From Histomonas meleagridis 2922-C6/04-290x (lineage: Eukaryota; Protista; Parabasalia): a DNA stretch of 64,000 bases. The notes below the pieces were generated by a model. That model saw only the letters and a program-made list of their open reading frames with translations, ran no database searches and was not told where the DNA came from. Position 1 is the first letter of the stretch, and every line of letters begins with the position of its first letter. The stretch covers positions 62,001-126,000 of the forward strand of contig JAANOX010000214.1 in the NCBI GenBank assembly GCA_020184695.1. The letters are read 5' to 3'. The translations under genes and the position numbers were made by a program. Positions 20,794-31,104 of this stretch are shown one piece after another.

Positions 20794-21555
20794 ATGCATT
20801 GGCGCCAAATGAAAAATCAAATGGCTGAAGAAGTACCAAATACAATCCCAAATGGATGTAAACCTTCACTTCCTTGTAATATACAACAGAAAAATATAAT
20901 AATTTTTGAACCAAATCAATTCCAGAAATACAATCAATATCTAATGCAATCGTTTCCTTCAATTCACAACAAGAAACGATCTATTCAACAAAAAGCAAGT
21001 AAACCCAAACAACTTCCTTCAATTCTTGATGTATCCGATTCTTCTTCTAATGAAGTATACAAAGCAGCAATTGAAAATCCTAAAATGGTATTTTTTCCGC
21101 AAACATTACATTTTCTTCCAACTAACTGTTGGACTAATTCTGAAATTACCTTTGGTGAATTAATCACGAAATTTTTCCAACGCAAGAATAATTCAAATTG
21201 TCGATTTCCACATAAACTCTACAATGCACTTGTCATTGTTGAATGTAACCCAAGCATGTGGTTTCTTGTAGGTGTGCGATGGATTACAGATACAATCTTC
21301 AAAGTCGATAAATATATTTTTGGTCGACTTCTTGGTATCACCTCAATAGATGGTGGTTTGTTCCATTGCCAAGGGAACTTTGCGTCACATGGGTTTGTCG
21401 AACTTTCATATGATGAAGTCAGACAAATGCAAGAAAAGTCAATCAATTTATCTGATATTGACATGGACAGACTCCGTCTCATGAAGCATAAAAAGGGAAC
21501 ATTCACTAAGAACAGTAAAGAAGAAGAGATCGCAAAGTGTAAGTGGATGGAATAA
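20794..21555 (+). CDS. Initiator-binding-domain (IBD/IBP39-like) winged-helix protein
   Basis: RFPHKLYNAL....NP......GVRWITDTIFKVDK...RLLGI resembles the trichomonad IBD pattern RFPxKL...GxxWxSDxxFKxxK...GI. Confidence 0.6.
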   Translation: MHWRQMKNQMAEEVPNTIPNGCKPSLPCNIQQKNIIIFEPNQFQKYNQYLMQSFPSIHNKKRSIQQKASKPKQLPSILDVSDSSSNEVYKAAIENPKMVFFPQTLHFLPTNCWTNSEITFGELITKFFQRKNNSNCRFPHKLYNALVIVECNPSMWFLVGVRWITDTIFKVDKYIFGRLLGITSIDGGLFHCQGNFASHGFVELSYDEVRQMQEKSINLSDIDMDRLRLMKHKKGTFTKNSKEEEIAKCKWME

Positions 21556-21591
21556 AATTTTTGTAAATAAAAAAGAAAAAAATTTAATTCT

Positions 21592-22227
21592 TTAGCAGCA
21601 CTTTTTATCTTCTTTTGTTTGCACTGGAACGCCAGGCTTTGGGTCGGGCGGGCTGAGTGCTTCTTTACCAGTTAGACCGTTCTTAGTGTACATTTCAACA
21701 ATGGTAGTGATAAGTTGGTTAAATGCTTCTTCAACATTTGCGGTAGATTTGGCAGACGTTTCGAGAAAAAGAAGATTTTGGCTTTCGGCATATTTGATAC
21801 CTTCTTCTTTACTGACTGAGCGTGAATCTTCCAAATCTGATTTATTTCCAATGAGCATTAAAATGATTTTTGGATCGGCTATGTCTCTTAATTCATTTAA
21901 CCACCTGGAAACAGAATCAAATGATACAGAGGAGGTAATGTCATATAGAATCATTGCACCATTTGCTCCTTTGTAATAAGCAGATGTTATTGCACGATAG
22001 CGTTCTTGACCTGCTGTATCCCATATTTGAGTTTTAACTACTTTTCCATTAATATTCATTGTTTTGGTCGTGAACTCAACTCCAATTGTAGTTTTATTTT
22101 CTTCTGAAAATTGATGTCTAACAAATTGTGATAATAAATTGGTTTTCCCAACTCCAGAGTCACCAATAAGAATGATTTTCAATAGAAAGTCTGGGTCTTC
22201 CTCTTCGATTTGGGAAGAATCTTGCAT
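21592..22227 (-). CDS. RAB11: Rab11-family small GTPase
   Basis: IGDSGVGKTNLL, TTIGVEF, WDTAGQERYRAITSAYYKGA, NKSDL, ETSAK; C-terminal CC prenylation motif. Confidence 0.9.
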   Translation of the reverse strand: MQDSSQIEEEDPDFLLKIILIGDSGVGKTNLLSQFVRHQFSEENKTTIGVEFTTKTMNINGKVVKTQIWDTAGQERYRAITSAYYKGANGAMILYDITSSVSFDSVSRWLNELRDIADPKIILMLIGNKSDLEDSRSVSKEEGIKYAESQNLLFLETSAKSTANVEEAFNQLITTIVEMYTKNGLTGKEALSPPDPKPGVPVQTKEDKKCC

Positions 22228-22426
22228 GCTTGCAATGCCACTTTTGATAAAGATCGCTCAAAACGATAACGTCCACAGCGACGATAGCGTGCACACAATA
22301 TTGACTTAAACCGCAAAAATGAAATAATTCAATGCGCTATGGCTTGATGTGGTAACAAAGAATAAATATTTATTAATTCGCTAAGTCCGAAATCATTGCT
22401 TAATGACACCTGATTCCTTAAGACTT

Positions 22427-23560
22427 TTATTTGTCGGAATCATTTGATTTACTTGACTTGCTTGTGTCACTCGAATCTGAATTATGTGACTTATCTGAAT
22501 CCTTTGACTTCCCTGATTTACTCGAACGACTTGAGCTGCTTGACTTATTCACATCGCTTATTTTATCTGATTTATCCGAAGTATTTGAATCACTATTTGA
22601 CTTGTCCGCTTTAGCTGATTTGATTGAACCATTTGAACTCCTTAACTTATCGGATTTGTCTGAGCTATTTGAACTATTTGACTTATCCCTTTTATCCGAT
22701 TTGTTCGAATGATTTGATTGATCTGAACTATTTGATTTATCTGAACTTGACTGTTGCGATTTGTCTGACTTATGCGACGCATTCGATTTCTTTGAGCTAT
22801 CACTTTCGGAACTTGAAGACGAACTTTCTGATGCGACGGGTGTAATCTCGAGCTGCGCTATTCTGTTTACCTCCGGTATTATCTGAACTTTTTCCTCCAT
22901 TTCCGTCTCCGCGATGATGTAATCATCTTTCGAAAGGGAAAGATTCTTTAACACGAAATTTGATCGAAGTATTCTTCCGTCATATTGTAATCTTATAGAC
23001 TTAGTTCCAATGTTTACCCATTTCGAGAGCTCTTTTATAGCAGTTTCGACTGTTGCATCGTTATCAAGATAAATACAATATGCTTCGCCTTGCATCATAA
23101 TGAAATACTTTGTCTTTTCATGATTGTCAGCAATGATTTGCACATTAATTGGGTCTCTGGGCGAAGAAGAAATGGAGTGAACGAGCATTGGATCTTGAAG
23201 TGTTTGATTCCTACGATTTAAAATTACACGATCAACTGGTAAATGAAGCCGCGCAGATATTCGACTTTTTGTCTCGCTAACACTAGTGTTTGGACGCACA
23301 GGAAGAGATGATATTTCACCAGATGGAAGTGAATAATGAAACATATCATGATTATACTGTACTAATATTGGAATTCTATTTTGTAAAGATTTTAATGGCG
23401 TTGCGTCCTTTAGAACTTGGTTTTTTTGAGTAAGTTGGAAATTATTTGTTTTAATTAAATGCCTTATATCTTCGCGTATTGTTCGAACCGTGGAATTTAA
23501 TGGGTACTTTCGCTTTAAAGGCTGATAAGATGGAATTTGGATTGTGAATTCGAAGCTCAT
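22427..23560 (-). CDS. Protein with about three ubiquitin-like domains and a long S/D/K low-complexity tail
   Basis: Three beta-grasp-like repeats (TVRTIREDI..LKDATPL; SVSETKSRI..TLQDPMLV; TVETAIKEL..IRLQYDGRILR), followed by SDKS/SNSS repeats. Confidence 0.7.
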   Translation of the reverse strand: MSFEFTIQIPSYQPLKRKYPLNSTVRTIREDIRHLIKTNNFQLTQKNQVLKDATPLKSLQNRIPILVQYNHDMFHYSLPSGEISSLPVRPNTSVSETKSRISARLHLPVDRVILNRRNQTLQDPMLVHSISSSPRDPINVQIIADNHEKTKYFIMMQGEAYCIYLDNDATVETAIKELSKWVNIGTKSIRLQYDGRILRSNFVLKNLSLSKDDYIIAETEMEEKVQIIPEVNRIAQLEITPVASESSSSSSESDSSKKSNASHKSDKSQQSSSDKSNSSDQSNHSNKSDKRDKSNSSNSSDKSDKLRSSNGSIKSAKADKSNSDSNTSDKSDKISDVNKSSSSSRSSKSGKSKDSDKSHNSDSSDTSKSSKSNDSDK

Positions 23561-23672
23561 GAAGACTTCCAAACGGTTTCATGAAACCAGTGTTTTGGGG
23601 TGCCCTGGCCTAACGATTGTGAACTCCTTACTCCAGTCAAAAAGTTTAAACCGGTTTGAAATTTGTTGGTGG

Positions 23673-24044
23673 ATGAATTCCAAAGAGGGTAATTCAGTTA
23701 AAGATTATCCTTTGCCTTCCCCTTTCTCGCCATTTAGGTTTCCTATGGACCCTGGTGGAATGCCTGATTCACCAATGAAATTATATCCTTTTACTCCAAG
23801 AGATACCAATTGGAATCCAGAATTTGTTTCTCCAACATTATCTCCAAATGGTGACTTCTTCCCACTAAATACAGATGGTTGCCCTTCACCATCTAATATG
23901 TTATGTACTCAGGCAGAAAAAGAAAATACACAAAATACACAGACAACAACTGTTAATAATAACTTAGCTTTTAAGCCATTTGTATCTTTACAGAGCGTTG
24001 AGGCATGTGTAATGGCTCTCAGAAAATCATCTCCCTATCAATAA
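23673..24044 (+). CDS. Small SP/TP-rich hypothetical protein
   Basis: Likely ATG 23673 (MNSKEGN). Many Pro-directed phosphosites (PSPFSP, DSP, FTP, VSPTLSP); stop in TAAAT. Confidence 0.55.
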   Translation: MNSKEGNSVKDYPLPSPFSPFRFPMDPGGMPDSPMKLYPFTPRDTNWNPEFVSPTLSPNGDFFPLNTDGCPSPSNMLCTQAEKENTQNTQTTTVNNNLAFKPFVSLQSVEACVMALRKSSPYQ

Positions 24045-24454
24045 ATCAATAAACTTTTTTTACGATAGCAAAACATCATCCCAAACATTGTTGTAACTTA
24101 GGTATTTTTAGAAGGAGAAATAGCTTTGAATGTACATTGTTGTCAAAGATTTTTTTTAATTATCTAAACAAGTTTTTCTGGTTTTATTCCTCTTTTTTAT
24201 ATAAAGCGTATCAAGAAGTTTTGAACCATAAAAATATCTTTTATTATTACACAAAAAAAGAAGAAATGTTTATTTATGAATATTTTATTTAAACGTTTTT
24301 TACTTTACCTTTTACCTTTCTTAGTCATGTAGTGATTATAAACATATGTTTTTTGATTAAACTTGAAGAAGATTTGGTTTCTTTTGCTGTGCTTGCAAAG
24401 AAGAATTAAATTCACTGAAACCGCTACGATAAACCGTTTACCAGTTTTCTCGCA

Positions 24455-25156
24455 ATGTCTTATCCATGGGCTTCTCAGATGATTGAAGTCAGATCAAGAA
24501 GTGGGTGGTCTGCAAAAGTTTACGAACCTTTAATTCGCCATCGCTGGGCTTTTTATGCTCGTGATCCAGTTCAAGCATTAGCTAAGTTACAACAATTACC
24601 ACCAAACACAATTCAAGCTATCTTAGAACACCTTTATGCAAATACCCCTGTTGCAAGAACAAACTTACCGGCCTTTAAAGCTTGCAAAATTGTTGATTCA
24701 ATTCCATTCGAATCAACATTCCATCGAGACATGACAAGTCTCTTAGAAGACGAAACTTCTTGTGATTTTTCGCTTCTCCCAAGAGATTCTGAAGATCGTG
24801 TCAATGTTCATCGTTTTATGTTATTTGCGCGATCTGGTTTCTTCCGCCAGCAATTTGAACGAAATCCAACACTCTTCCAATTCAGAGATCCAAACATGGG
24901 CAAGACCGCTCTTCAAATGTTTGCTCGATATCTTTATACAGGAAAATTAGAACCTATTGATGTTGTTGGATTTGTTGATCTATTTGGCGCTGGAAAGAAT
25001 TATCAATTCCGAGACCCAGAAGAACTGGATTTTCTTGCAATGAATGCGCTTTCAAAATTGCTTTCACCACAAAATGCCGTTGAAGTAAAGGCAAGAGCAG
25101 AGGAACGTGGAATTAGAGAAGTTGTTGATCTTGTACAGCAACATTTCCCCTGCTAA
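24455..25156 (+). CDS. BTB/POZ domain protein
   Basis: CDFSL...VNVHRFMLFARSGFFRQQF...FARYLYTGKL BTB signature. Confidence 0.85.
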   Translation: MSYPWASQMIEVRSRSGWSAKVYEPLIRHRWAFYARDPVQALAKLQQLPPNTIQAILEHLYANTPVARTNLPAFKACKIVDSIPFESTFHRDMTSLLEDETSCDFSLLPRDSEDRVNVHRFMLFARSGFFRQQFERNPTLFQFRDPNMGKTALQMFARYLYTGKLEPIDVVGFVDLFGAGKNYQFRDPEELDFLAMNALSKLLSPQNAVEVKARAEERGIREVVDLVQQHFPC

Positions 25157-25224
25157 ACTAATGAATAAAAAATCAATTATTTTCAAAAAGTGACACCGAC
25201 ACTTTTTTAACTGATCGCAAAAAA

Positions 25225-25971
25225 ATGGAAACAATACAAAACAAAGGGAAAATGCTCATTATTGACTATTTAATGACTAACAGCTTCGATTTACAAGATA
25301 CTGAAAAAGAGTATATGATTAAAGTTATTGAGAAATTGAAAAATATTTGGGAAATTGATCGTATATTTCCAACTCAGCAAAAATTAATAGATTTAATTCC
25401 ACCTAACTTATCAGATAATGACAACATCGAGCATTTAAAAGAACTTGGTAACAAATCGCTTGGATATGGAGATTTTGATTCTGCAATTGATTTTTTCACA
25501 GAAGCAATTGAAATTTCACCAAATGTACATGATTTACTCATAGGGAGAGCTGCTGCAAACTTAAAAAAGGGAAGTTTTATTCAAGCTATTTCTGATTATG
25601 AGCATGCAATCTCCATAAATCCATTAAATCCAATAACACATACTAAGATTATCTTTTGTCTTTATTCTCTCAACAGTCTCAACGACTCTAGAATTGCATT
25701 TTATCGAGCATTACAAATGTGTCCAAATGATGAAACACTATTAGAGATGAGGACAATTGTAGGAAACTATCCAACAGATGAAGAAATACAGCATTTGACT
25801 AATGCTATTAAAGAGCAAATTCTAGCAGACAATGAAATGTTATCAAACTCAGAGTTAAGCTCTCTGGCGCACAACATTGATGAAAATCCATCACTTATAT
25901 ATAGTATTATCACGAACGAGTTTTATCGTGTGTATCAGTATCAGAAACATCAAAGTAATTCGGACCAATAA
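25225..25971 (+). CDS. SGTA/Sgt2-like TPR co-chaperone
   Basis: N-terminal LIIDYL..IEKLKNIWEI dimerisation-like segment and three TPRs (LKELGNKSL...AIDFFTEAIEISP; RAAANLKKG...DYEHAISINP). Confidence 0.7.
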   Translation: METIQNKGKMLIIDYLMTNSFDLQDTEKEYMIKVIEKLKNIWEIDRIFPTQQKLIDLIPPNLSDNDNIEHLKELGNKSLGYGDFDSAIDFFTEAIEISPNVHDLLIGRAAANLKKGSFIQAISDYEHAISINPLNPITHTKIIFCLYSLNSLNDSRIAFYRALQMCPNDETLLEMRTIVGNYPTDEEIQHLTNAIKEQILADNEMLSNSELSSLAHNIDENPSLIYSIITNEFYRVYQYQKHQSNSDQ

Positions 25972-26026
25972 ACTTTATAATTAAATTGAAATTTTGGAAT
26001 AAAAGTTGAACATATATAGCTGCTTC

Positions 26027-26647
26027 ATGAAGTTATTTTACTGATCCATTCGAACATAGAACAATAAGTTTATCATCTATTTAATGCGATGAATAGATAC
26101 TTTAATAATCTTGAACATCGTTTAAATTCTTTATTTGCTGATGCATTTGATGAAGAATAATATGATTGAATATGATAAACCTAAAGAAGAAAAGTCTAAA
26201 GAAGAAGAACTTAAAAAAGAAGAAGAAAAGTCTAAAGAAGAAGAACTTAAGAAAGAATTAAAAGAAACACAACAAAAGATTGTTAAAAAGAATGAAAATT
26301 ATATTCCACAAAATTATTATAGAACTTATTCATCACAAAGATACTTTAATGGTAATGAAAAATTCGAAGAAATTCGTGAACAAACTAATGATGGTGATAA
26401 AACATATATTTCTAAAATTAAAAGAATTGGTAATCGTTGGGTTCAAGTAGATGAAGTTGTAGATAAAGAAGGTAAGAAAACAACTAAAGAAACTTGGCAT
26501 AATGTTGGTGAAGATGAAATTGATGCATTTGAAAATGAATGGTCTTTAAGACGTGGTATTGAAGCTATTGGTAGTAAAAATGAAGAAAAACCTGCAATTA
26601 AATCAGAAAATACAGAGAAAAAGGAAGAACCTAAAGAAGAAGAATAA
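26027..26647 (+). pseudogene. MLF (myeloid leukemia factor)-like gene with several 5' frameshifts; the 3' part (from ATG 26162) is intact
   Basis: Three frames give SYFTDPFEHRT / HLFNAMNRYFNNLEHRLNSLFADAFDEE / NNMIEYDKP. The C-terminal region RTYSSQRYF..KRIGNRWVQ..ETWHNV..DAFENEW is MLF-like. Confidence 0.55.
26186..26257 (+). repeat. 36-nt tandem duplication (EEKSKEEELKKE x2)
   Basis: GAAGAAAAGTCTAAAGAAGAAGAACTTAA at 26186 and 26222. Confidence 0.9.
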
Positions 26648-26949
26648 AATCATTAATTAAACATAGAACTATTTTAAATTTTTGATAAAAATGAAATGAT
26701 ACTATAAATAATGTATAGTGAGTGTTATCATAAAAGTGTGAGAAAAAATTTCTCACAAGTTCAAAAAATTTATTTTTATATAGACGAAATGCATTTATTA
26801 TTTCATTTATCTGAAGACGCAAATACACGAGCTTAGCGATATCATTCGACATCCAACAATATTTATATAAATAAATAAATAAAACACTTTAAACATTCAA
26901 AAAATTCAAGCAATTCGAGATTTATTTATTAAATATTAAATATTTTTCT

Positions 26950-29061
26950 TTACATAGAAGAAGAAACATCTTTGTTCTTCTTCGATTTCTTGATCACAAT
27001 TGTTGCTATTACTGCAATTGCTATAACTGCCACCACAGCTATTACAATACCTGCGATTGCACCGTCAGACAGTCCATGCTTTCCATTAAATGCGTCATTT
27101 GTTATCCTCAGCCAAGTCACGTCCATTGCCGGCATGTGCAGCGTTATTGTTATGTTTGTTGTTTCTGTTATTTCTGAATCACCAGTCAAAATTTTAATTT
27201 TCGATGTTGTATTCGGCTTGAAGAACGTGCAATCTTTCTCATTACTTTTCCATACGTTGACAACTAATACATAATCATAGCCATCGTAGTTAAAGAATCT
27301 CACTGCGCATTCTCTGCCTGAGTTTTCTTGCTTAGCATAAGTTGGTTGAGCATATCCTGGATCGACATCATTGCCAGACAAAATTATTGGGACGTAATCG
27401 TTTTTAAGCTCATTAGCGATTTTCTTTACCTTTTCGAACTCGTTTTGCCAAGGTTGTTCTCCACATAAAGTTAATCCGAAATCAAAATATATTATTCCAT
27501 TCGCACCTCCTGCTATCATTTGATATGTCATTTGTCTTTGTTGTTCATAAGTAGGTGGTAATTCATTCGGATATCGTGTAGCATCAGTAGTTTTCCAACT
27601 AAAGAATTGTGGTATTCCCCAATTGGCTCGATTATTAATTACACTATTTCGTCCTTGATAAGTTACAATATAAACAGCATGAAAGTCATCGATGTTTTGG
27701 ACGGGATATATATCACTTCCATAACAATCCAATCCTTCCTTAATAATATATAAATAATTTCGTTGGTTAACAGCTGTATAAACAGGATGATCTGGATCTG
27801 CTTCTCGAAGTGCAATCAAGTTGTCATGTAAAAATGATACCATACTGGGACTTGGCTCATCCTTATGATAATATGCAAATAAACCTGGTGAATCTTTGAT
27901 TGTTTTTGCATAATCAGCAAGTTTTTGTGGAACTGCTTTTCGTTCTTCTTCTGTTTTATATGATAAAAGTGTTGTAGTTCCTAAATCAATAACACGGACT
28001 CTCCCTTCGGTAATATTATAAACACGATCTATGGCTGCTTTACTCCGGCTTCCACCAAAGACCATTATGTTAAATGGACTATCACGTGCGCCAATATAAT
28101 CTCGAACATATTCTTCTTTATATCCACATGCATCATAATACATGCCTAATGGAAAGAATGGCTTTCCATGATCAATAGTTCGCATTTTTCGATCAACATA
28201 TATTGCATAATCACGTTTTTCTGACAGTACATGTAAATATGTTTGTGTGTGCTCAGTGCAATTTAATAGTAAATTATGTAATGTAACACTGACATTGTAA
28301 TACCCAGGTGAAAGAAGTGTTGAATCAAAAACAAAATCAGCAAATATGTTCTCAAGAGATCTGTTAATTGTGAAATCATGAAGTGTAAGTTCGGTTTGGT
28401 TTGTAGCTTGGTTAATGAAATCTACGTCAAATGCTAAGTAATCTCCATTCTCCCAATATGTATCTTTAATTGCAAGATCAACAATAATACTAGAGTTTTC
28501 GCGATATACTTCTTGCCTCCATGAGGTCACATCGGCAGATTTAAGAAGTGTCGCACTAAGAATTGGTGAAAATGATATGTCATCAATCCAATATTCACCA
28601 GTGCCTTTATCACGGAGACCAAAAGCATAGCTAATCGTTTGGGTTGATTGAACTGGTTTTGATGTTGTAGCTTCTATATAATACCATTGATCATTGCAAT
28701 TACCATCAGAGCAATTTTTATTTGCAGTGTTATAAACGTGAAGGTAAAGGGCATATATGTCCTGCTGACCAGAAACCACAACTATTAAATTTGATGTACA
28801 ATTTCTCATCATGATCCATGCTGAAAGTTTATAATAAAATCCACTTGCTAATTCTCCTTTATATCGAAATTGATATCCAAGTGAATTCCTAAGACCATTG
28901 GTATCATGACAATAGAGGGAAGAATTTCCTGAGTGTGATACATTTGTTGTAACCACGCATGTACTATAATCGAATTGCCAATTACTTTTACCATTTTCAA
29001 ATGACGGGTTAAGAACATAATTTGAGTCGAATGTAACGCAGATGATCGAAAACAGGAACAT
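26950..29061 (-). CDS. Type I membrane protein with CBM-like N-terminal domain and bacterial-type glycoside-hydrolase-like barrel
   Basis: Signal-like start. VLNPSFENGKSNW...YWIDDISF (CBM4/9-like); GKPFFPLGMY, AYYHKDEP, DPDHPVY, GSDIYP, WGIPQFF, AGGANGIIYF; TM segment GAIAGIVIAVVAVIAIAVIATIVI then KKSKK. Confidence 0.75.
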   Translation of the reverse strand: MFLFSIICVTFDSNYVLNPSFENGKSNWQFDYSTCVVTTNVSHSGNSSLYCHDTNGLRNSLGYQFRYKGELASGFYYKLSAWIMMRNCTSNLIVVVSGQQDIYALYLHVYNTANKNCSDGNCNDQWYYIEATTSKPVQSTQTISYAFGLRDKGTGEYWIDDISFSPILSATLLKSADVTSWRQEVYRENSSIIVDLAIKDTYWENGDYLAFDVDFINQATNQTELTLHDFTINRSLENIFADFVFDSTLLSPGYYNVSVTLHNLLLNCTEHTQTYLHVLSEKRDYAIYVDRKMRTIDHGKPFFPLGMYYDACGYKEEYVRDYIGARDSPFNIMVFGGSRSKAAIDRVYNITEGRVRVIDLGTTTLLSYKTEEERKAVPQKLADYAKTIKDSPGLFAYYHKDEPSPSMVSFLHDNLIALREADPDHPVYTAVNQRNYLYIIKEGLDCYGSDIYPVQNIDDFHAVYIVTYQGRNSVINNRANWGIPQFFSWKTTDATRYPNELPPTYEQQRQMTYQMIAGGANGIIYFDFGLTLCGEQPWQNEFEKVKKIANELKNDYVPIILSGNDVDPGYAQPTYAKQENSGRECAVRFFNYDGYDYVLVVNVWKSNEKDCTFFKPNTTSKIKILTGDSEITETTNITITLHMPAMDVTWLRITNDAFNGKHGLSDGAIAGIVIAVVAVIAIAVIATIVIKKSKKNKDVSSSM

Positions 29062-29327
29062 GAGATGAAAATGTTTACCCTCAGAAATTCAATATTGAAA
29101 ACCACCTGAAATTTCAATAGCGCTACAGACTGTTGAAATTTGAAAAGTTATTGGTTGTTAAACGTTAATCGGATGTTTTTCACAGTTGTTCTAAAACAAG
29201 AAAATCAAATTAAATCCGATCAAACACTGTCAATTTCATGTTTGGCCCCCCAATTTCCCATCGTTTTCCGTACGTTAATATACGTTTAAAATTTTTTTTC
29301 ACCAATTTTCTAACAAAAGACAATTTA

Positions 29328-30473
29328 TTAATAATACTTTTTTGTTGATCCTTCCGAAATAACTTTTCTTCTTCCGCCTCTTTTCTTTGAAATTCCTTCA
29401 TTTTCTCTTAATCCCAATTCATATCTATTTAAGTAGTAGAATTCTATCACATCTTTATATGACTTATCCGGTAATGCCTCCTTAATCTTCCGGAATTTTT
29501 TAGGGTTTTGTCGATATTTCTCCACAAATATTTGCTTCTCTTCTTCTGTCCAAGCCAATCTTTCTTTAAATCGATTATATGAAGCAATTGGATCATTAAT
29601 AAATCCATTCGTATTATAATAACAATTATCAATTTTATCGCTTTTCATTAAAAACATTTCTTGGTCAGGCGATGCCCACTTCAGACGCGCCGCTTCATCA
29701 ACAACTGGAGTCTCTTTTGGAAATTCAGGCGGCCAAACATTAGATTTAATATCAACACGTGACGAATAATCATCAATTGCGATGTTTTGTTGCTCCCAAA
29801 GCATTCGACGTTTCGCATATTCGTCGGCTAAATTTTGTTGTTCTTCGATTAATAATCCTTTCTTTGCAAAACGATGCGCAAATATAGGGAGCGCATTAAG
29901 TCGCATCTGATCAATAGTCTGTTTATAAAGTGGTAATTCGGGTAGATTATGATATGTTTGATTATCTGATTGAATGGTTGTGGTATTATGTGATTCATCA
30001 CGCCGTGATTTACATGTGGATATGACAGAATCTATAAGATTATCTGAAATTAAGAGACCGCGATATTGATGGATCCCTAATGAATTGGGTAATGATGGAA
30101 TTAATTGATTTGGAGTTTGTTGGAGTGAATTACGTTCATGTTGAAGTGAGGATAAATCTGCTTTATATCGTTGGATTTCTTGCTCTGTTTGTGATTTCAT
30201 CTCTTGAACATCGCGGCGTGATGGTAAAGAAGGAAATGGTGCTGCTACTATCTTTTTGGACTCTTTGACATCACGAAAGTTAATAGTAGAGACAGAGCGA
30301 ATTGGAATGGGCCGAATATCACGCTTTGCGAGAGAATCAGAAACATTTGGTGTATTGGCAGTAAAGAGCCATTGAGATATACCTGTAGTTTGGGGTTGAG
30401 TCTGAACTTGTTGATCAACTTTAATATCGTCAATTATGTCATCAGTCTGTGTTTTTTGATTCGTGTTTTTCAT
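29328..30473 (-). CDS. SANT/Myb domain protein, NCoR/Snt1-like
   Basis: AWTEEEKQIFVEKYRQNPKKFRKIKEALPDKSYKDVIEFYYLNR. Confidence 0.85.
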   Translation of the reverse strand: MKNTNQKTQTDDIIDDIKVDQQVQTQPQTTGISQWLFTANTPNVSDSLAKRDIRPIPIRSVSTINFRDVKESKKIVAAPFPSLPSRRDVQEMKSQTEQEIQRYKADLSSLQHERNSLQQTPNQLIPSLPNSLGIHQYRGLLISDNLIDSVISTCKSRRDESHNTTTIQSDNQTYHNLPELPLYKQTIDQMRLNALPIFAHRFAKKGLLIEEQQNLADEYAKRRMLWEQQNIAIDDYSSRVDIKSNVWPPEFPKETPVVDEAARLKWASPDQEMFLMKSDKIDNCYYNTNGFINDPIASYNRFKERLAWTEEEKQIFVEKYRQNPKKFRKIKEALPDKSYKDVIEFYYLNRYELGLRENEGISKKRGGRRKVISEGSTKKYY

Positions 30474-31104
30474 TTGTGATCTGATCGTTTGGATTTTTTG
30501 GGGTGTACTATGTACGATTAATTTTCATTCAAAAATGGAAGAGGTTCCAAAAAAAATGTCATTAATTGCTCATGAAAACCTAAAAAGATTTAAATAACAA
30601 TGATAAAACTTTTTTGTTTTCATATGGTATGTGATATTGTGCTTGTTTATCTTATGTTAATTCGATTTTTCATTCACATGTATGGATAAACGTTTTTAAT
30701 TTTTTTTAAATATTTCATATTGTTATGCTTTAAAACAAATATGTCATCATACTAACATGAAATTTTATTGACTTTATTATCAATTAATGATTTTTCGAGA
30801 TTAAAATCTTCGGAAATGATTCTATACTGAAAAAGTCGTAAATTTGAATAAGCTAAAATTTTAGCCTTACAAAAAAAAAACAAATAAACCAAATTTTCTT
30901 TTTTATTACTTTCAAGAAGAATTCATCACCACCAATAGTATCTATAAGATTTTAAAGAAAATACTTATAAAATGAATGTGTGAAATGGAATTAAAAAAAT
31001 TGAATCAATCATCAAATTTTTTTAACAATACGCCAACAAACTTATGTCAATGTTATAAATCATTACCGACACCAGCTTATTAGGAAGATAGACCAAGACA
31101 TTAT

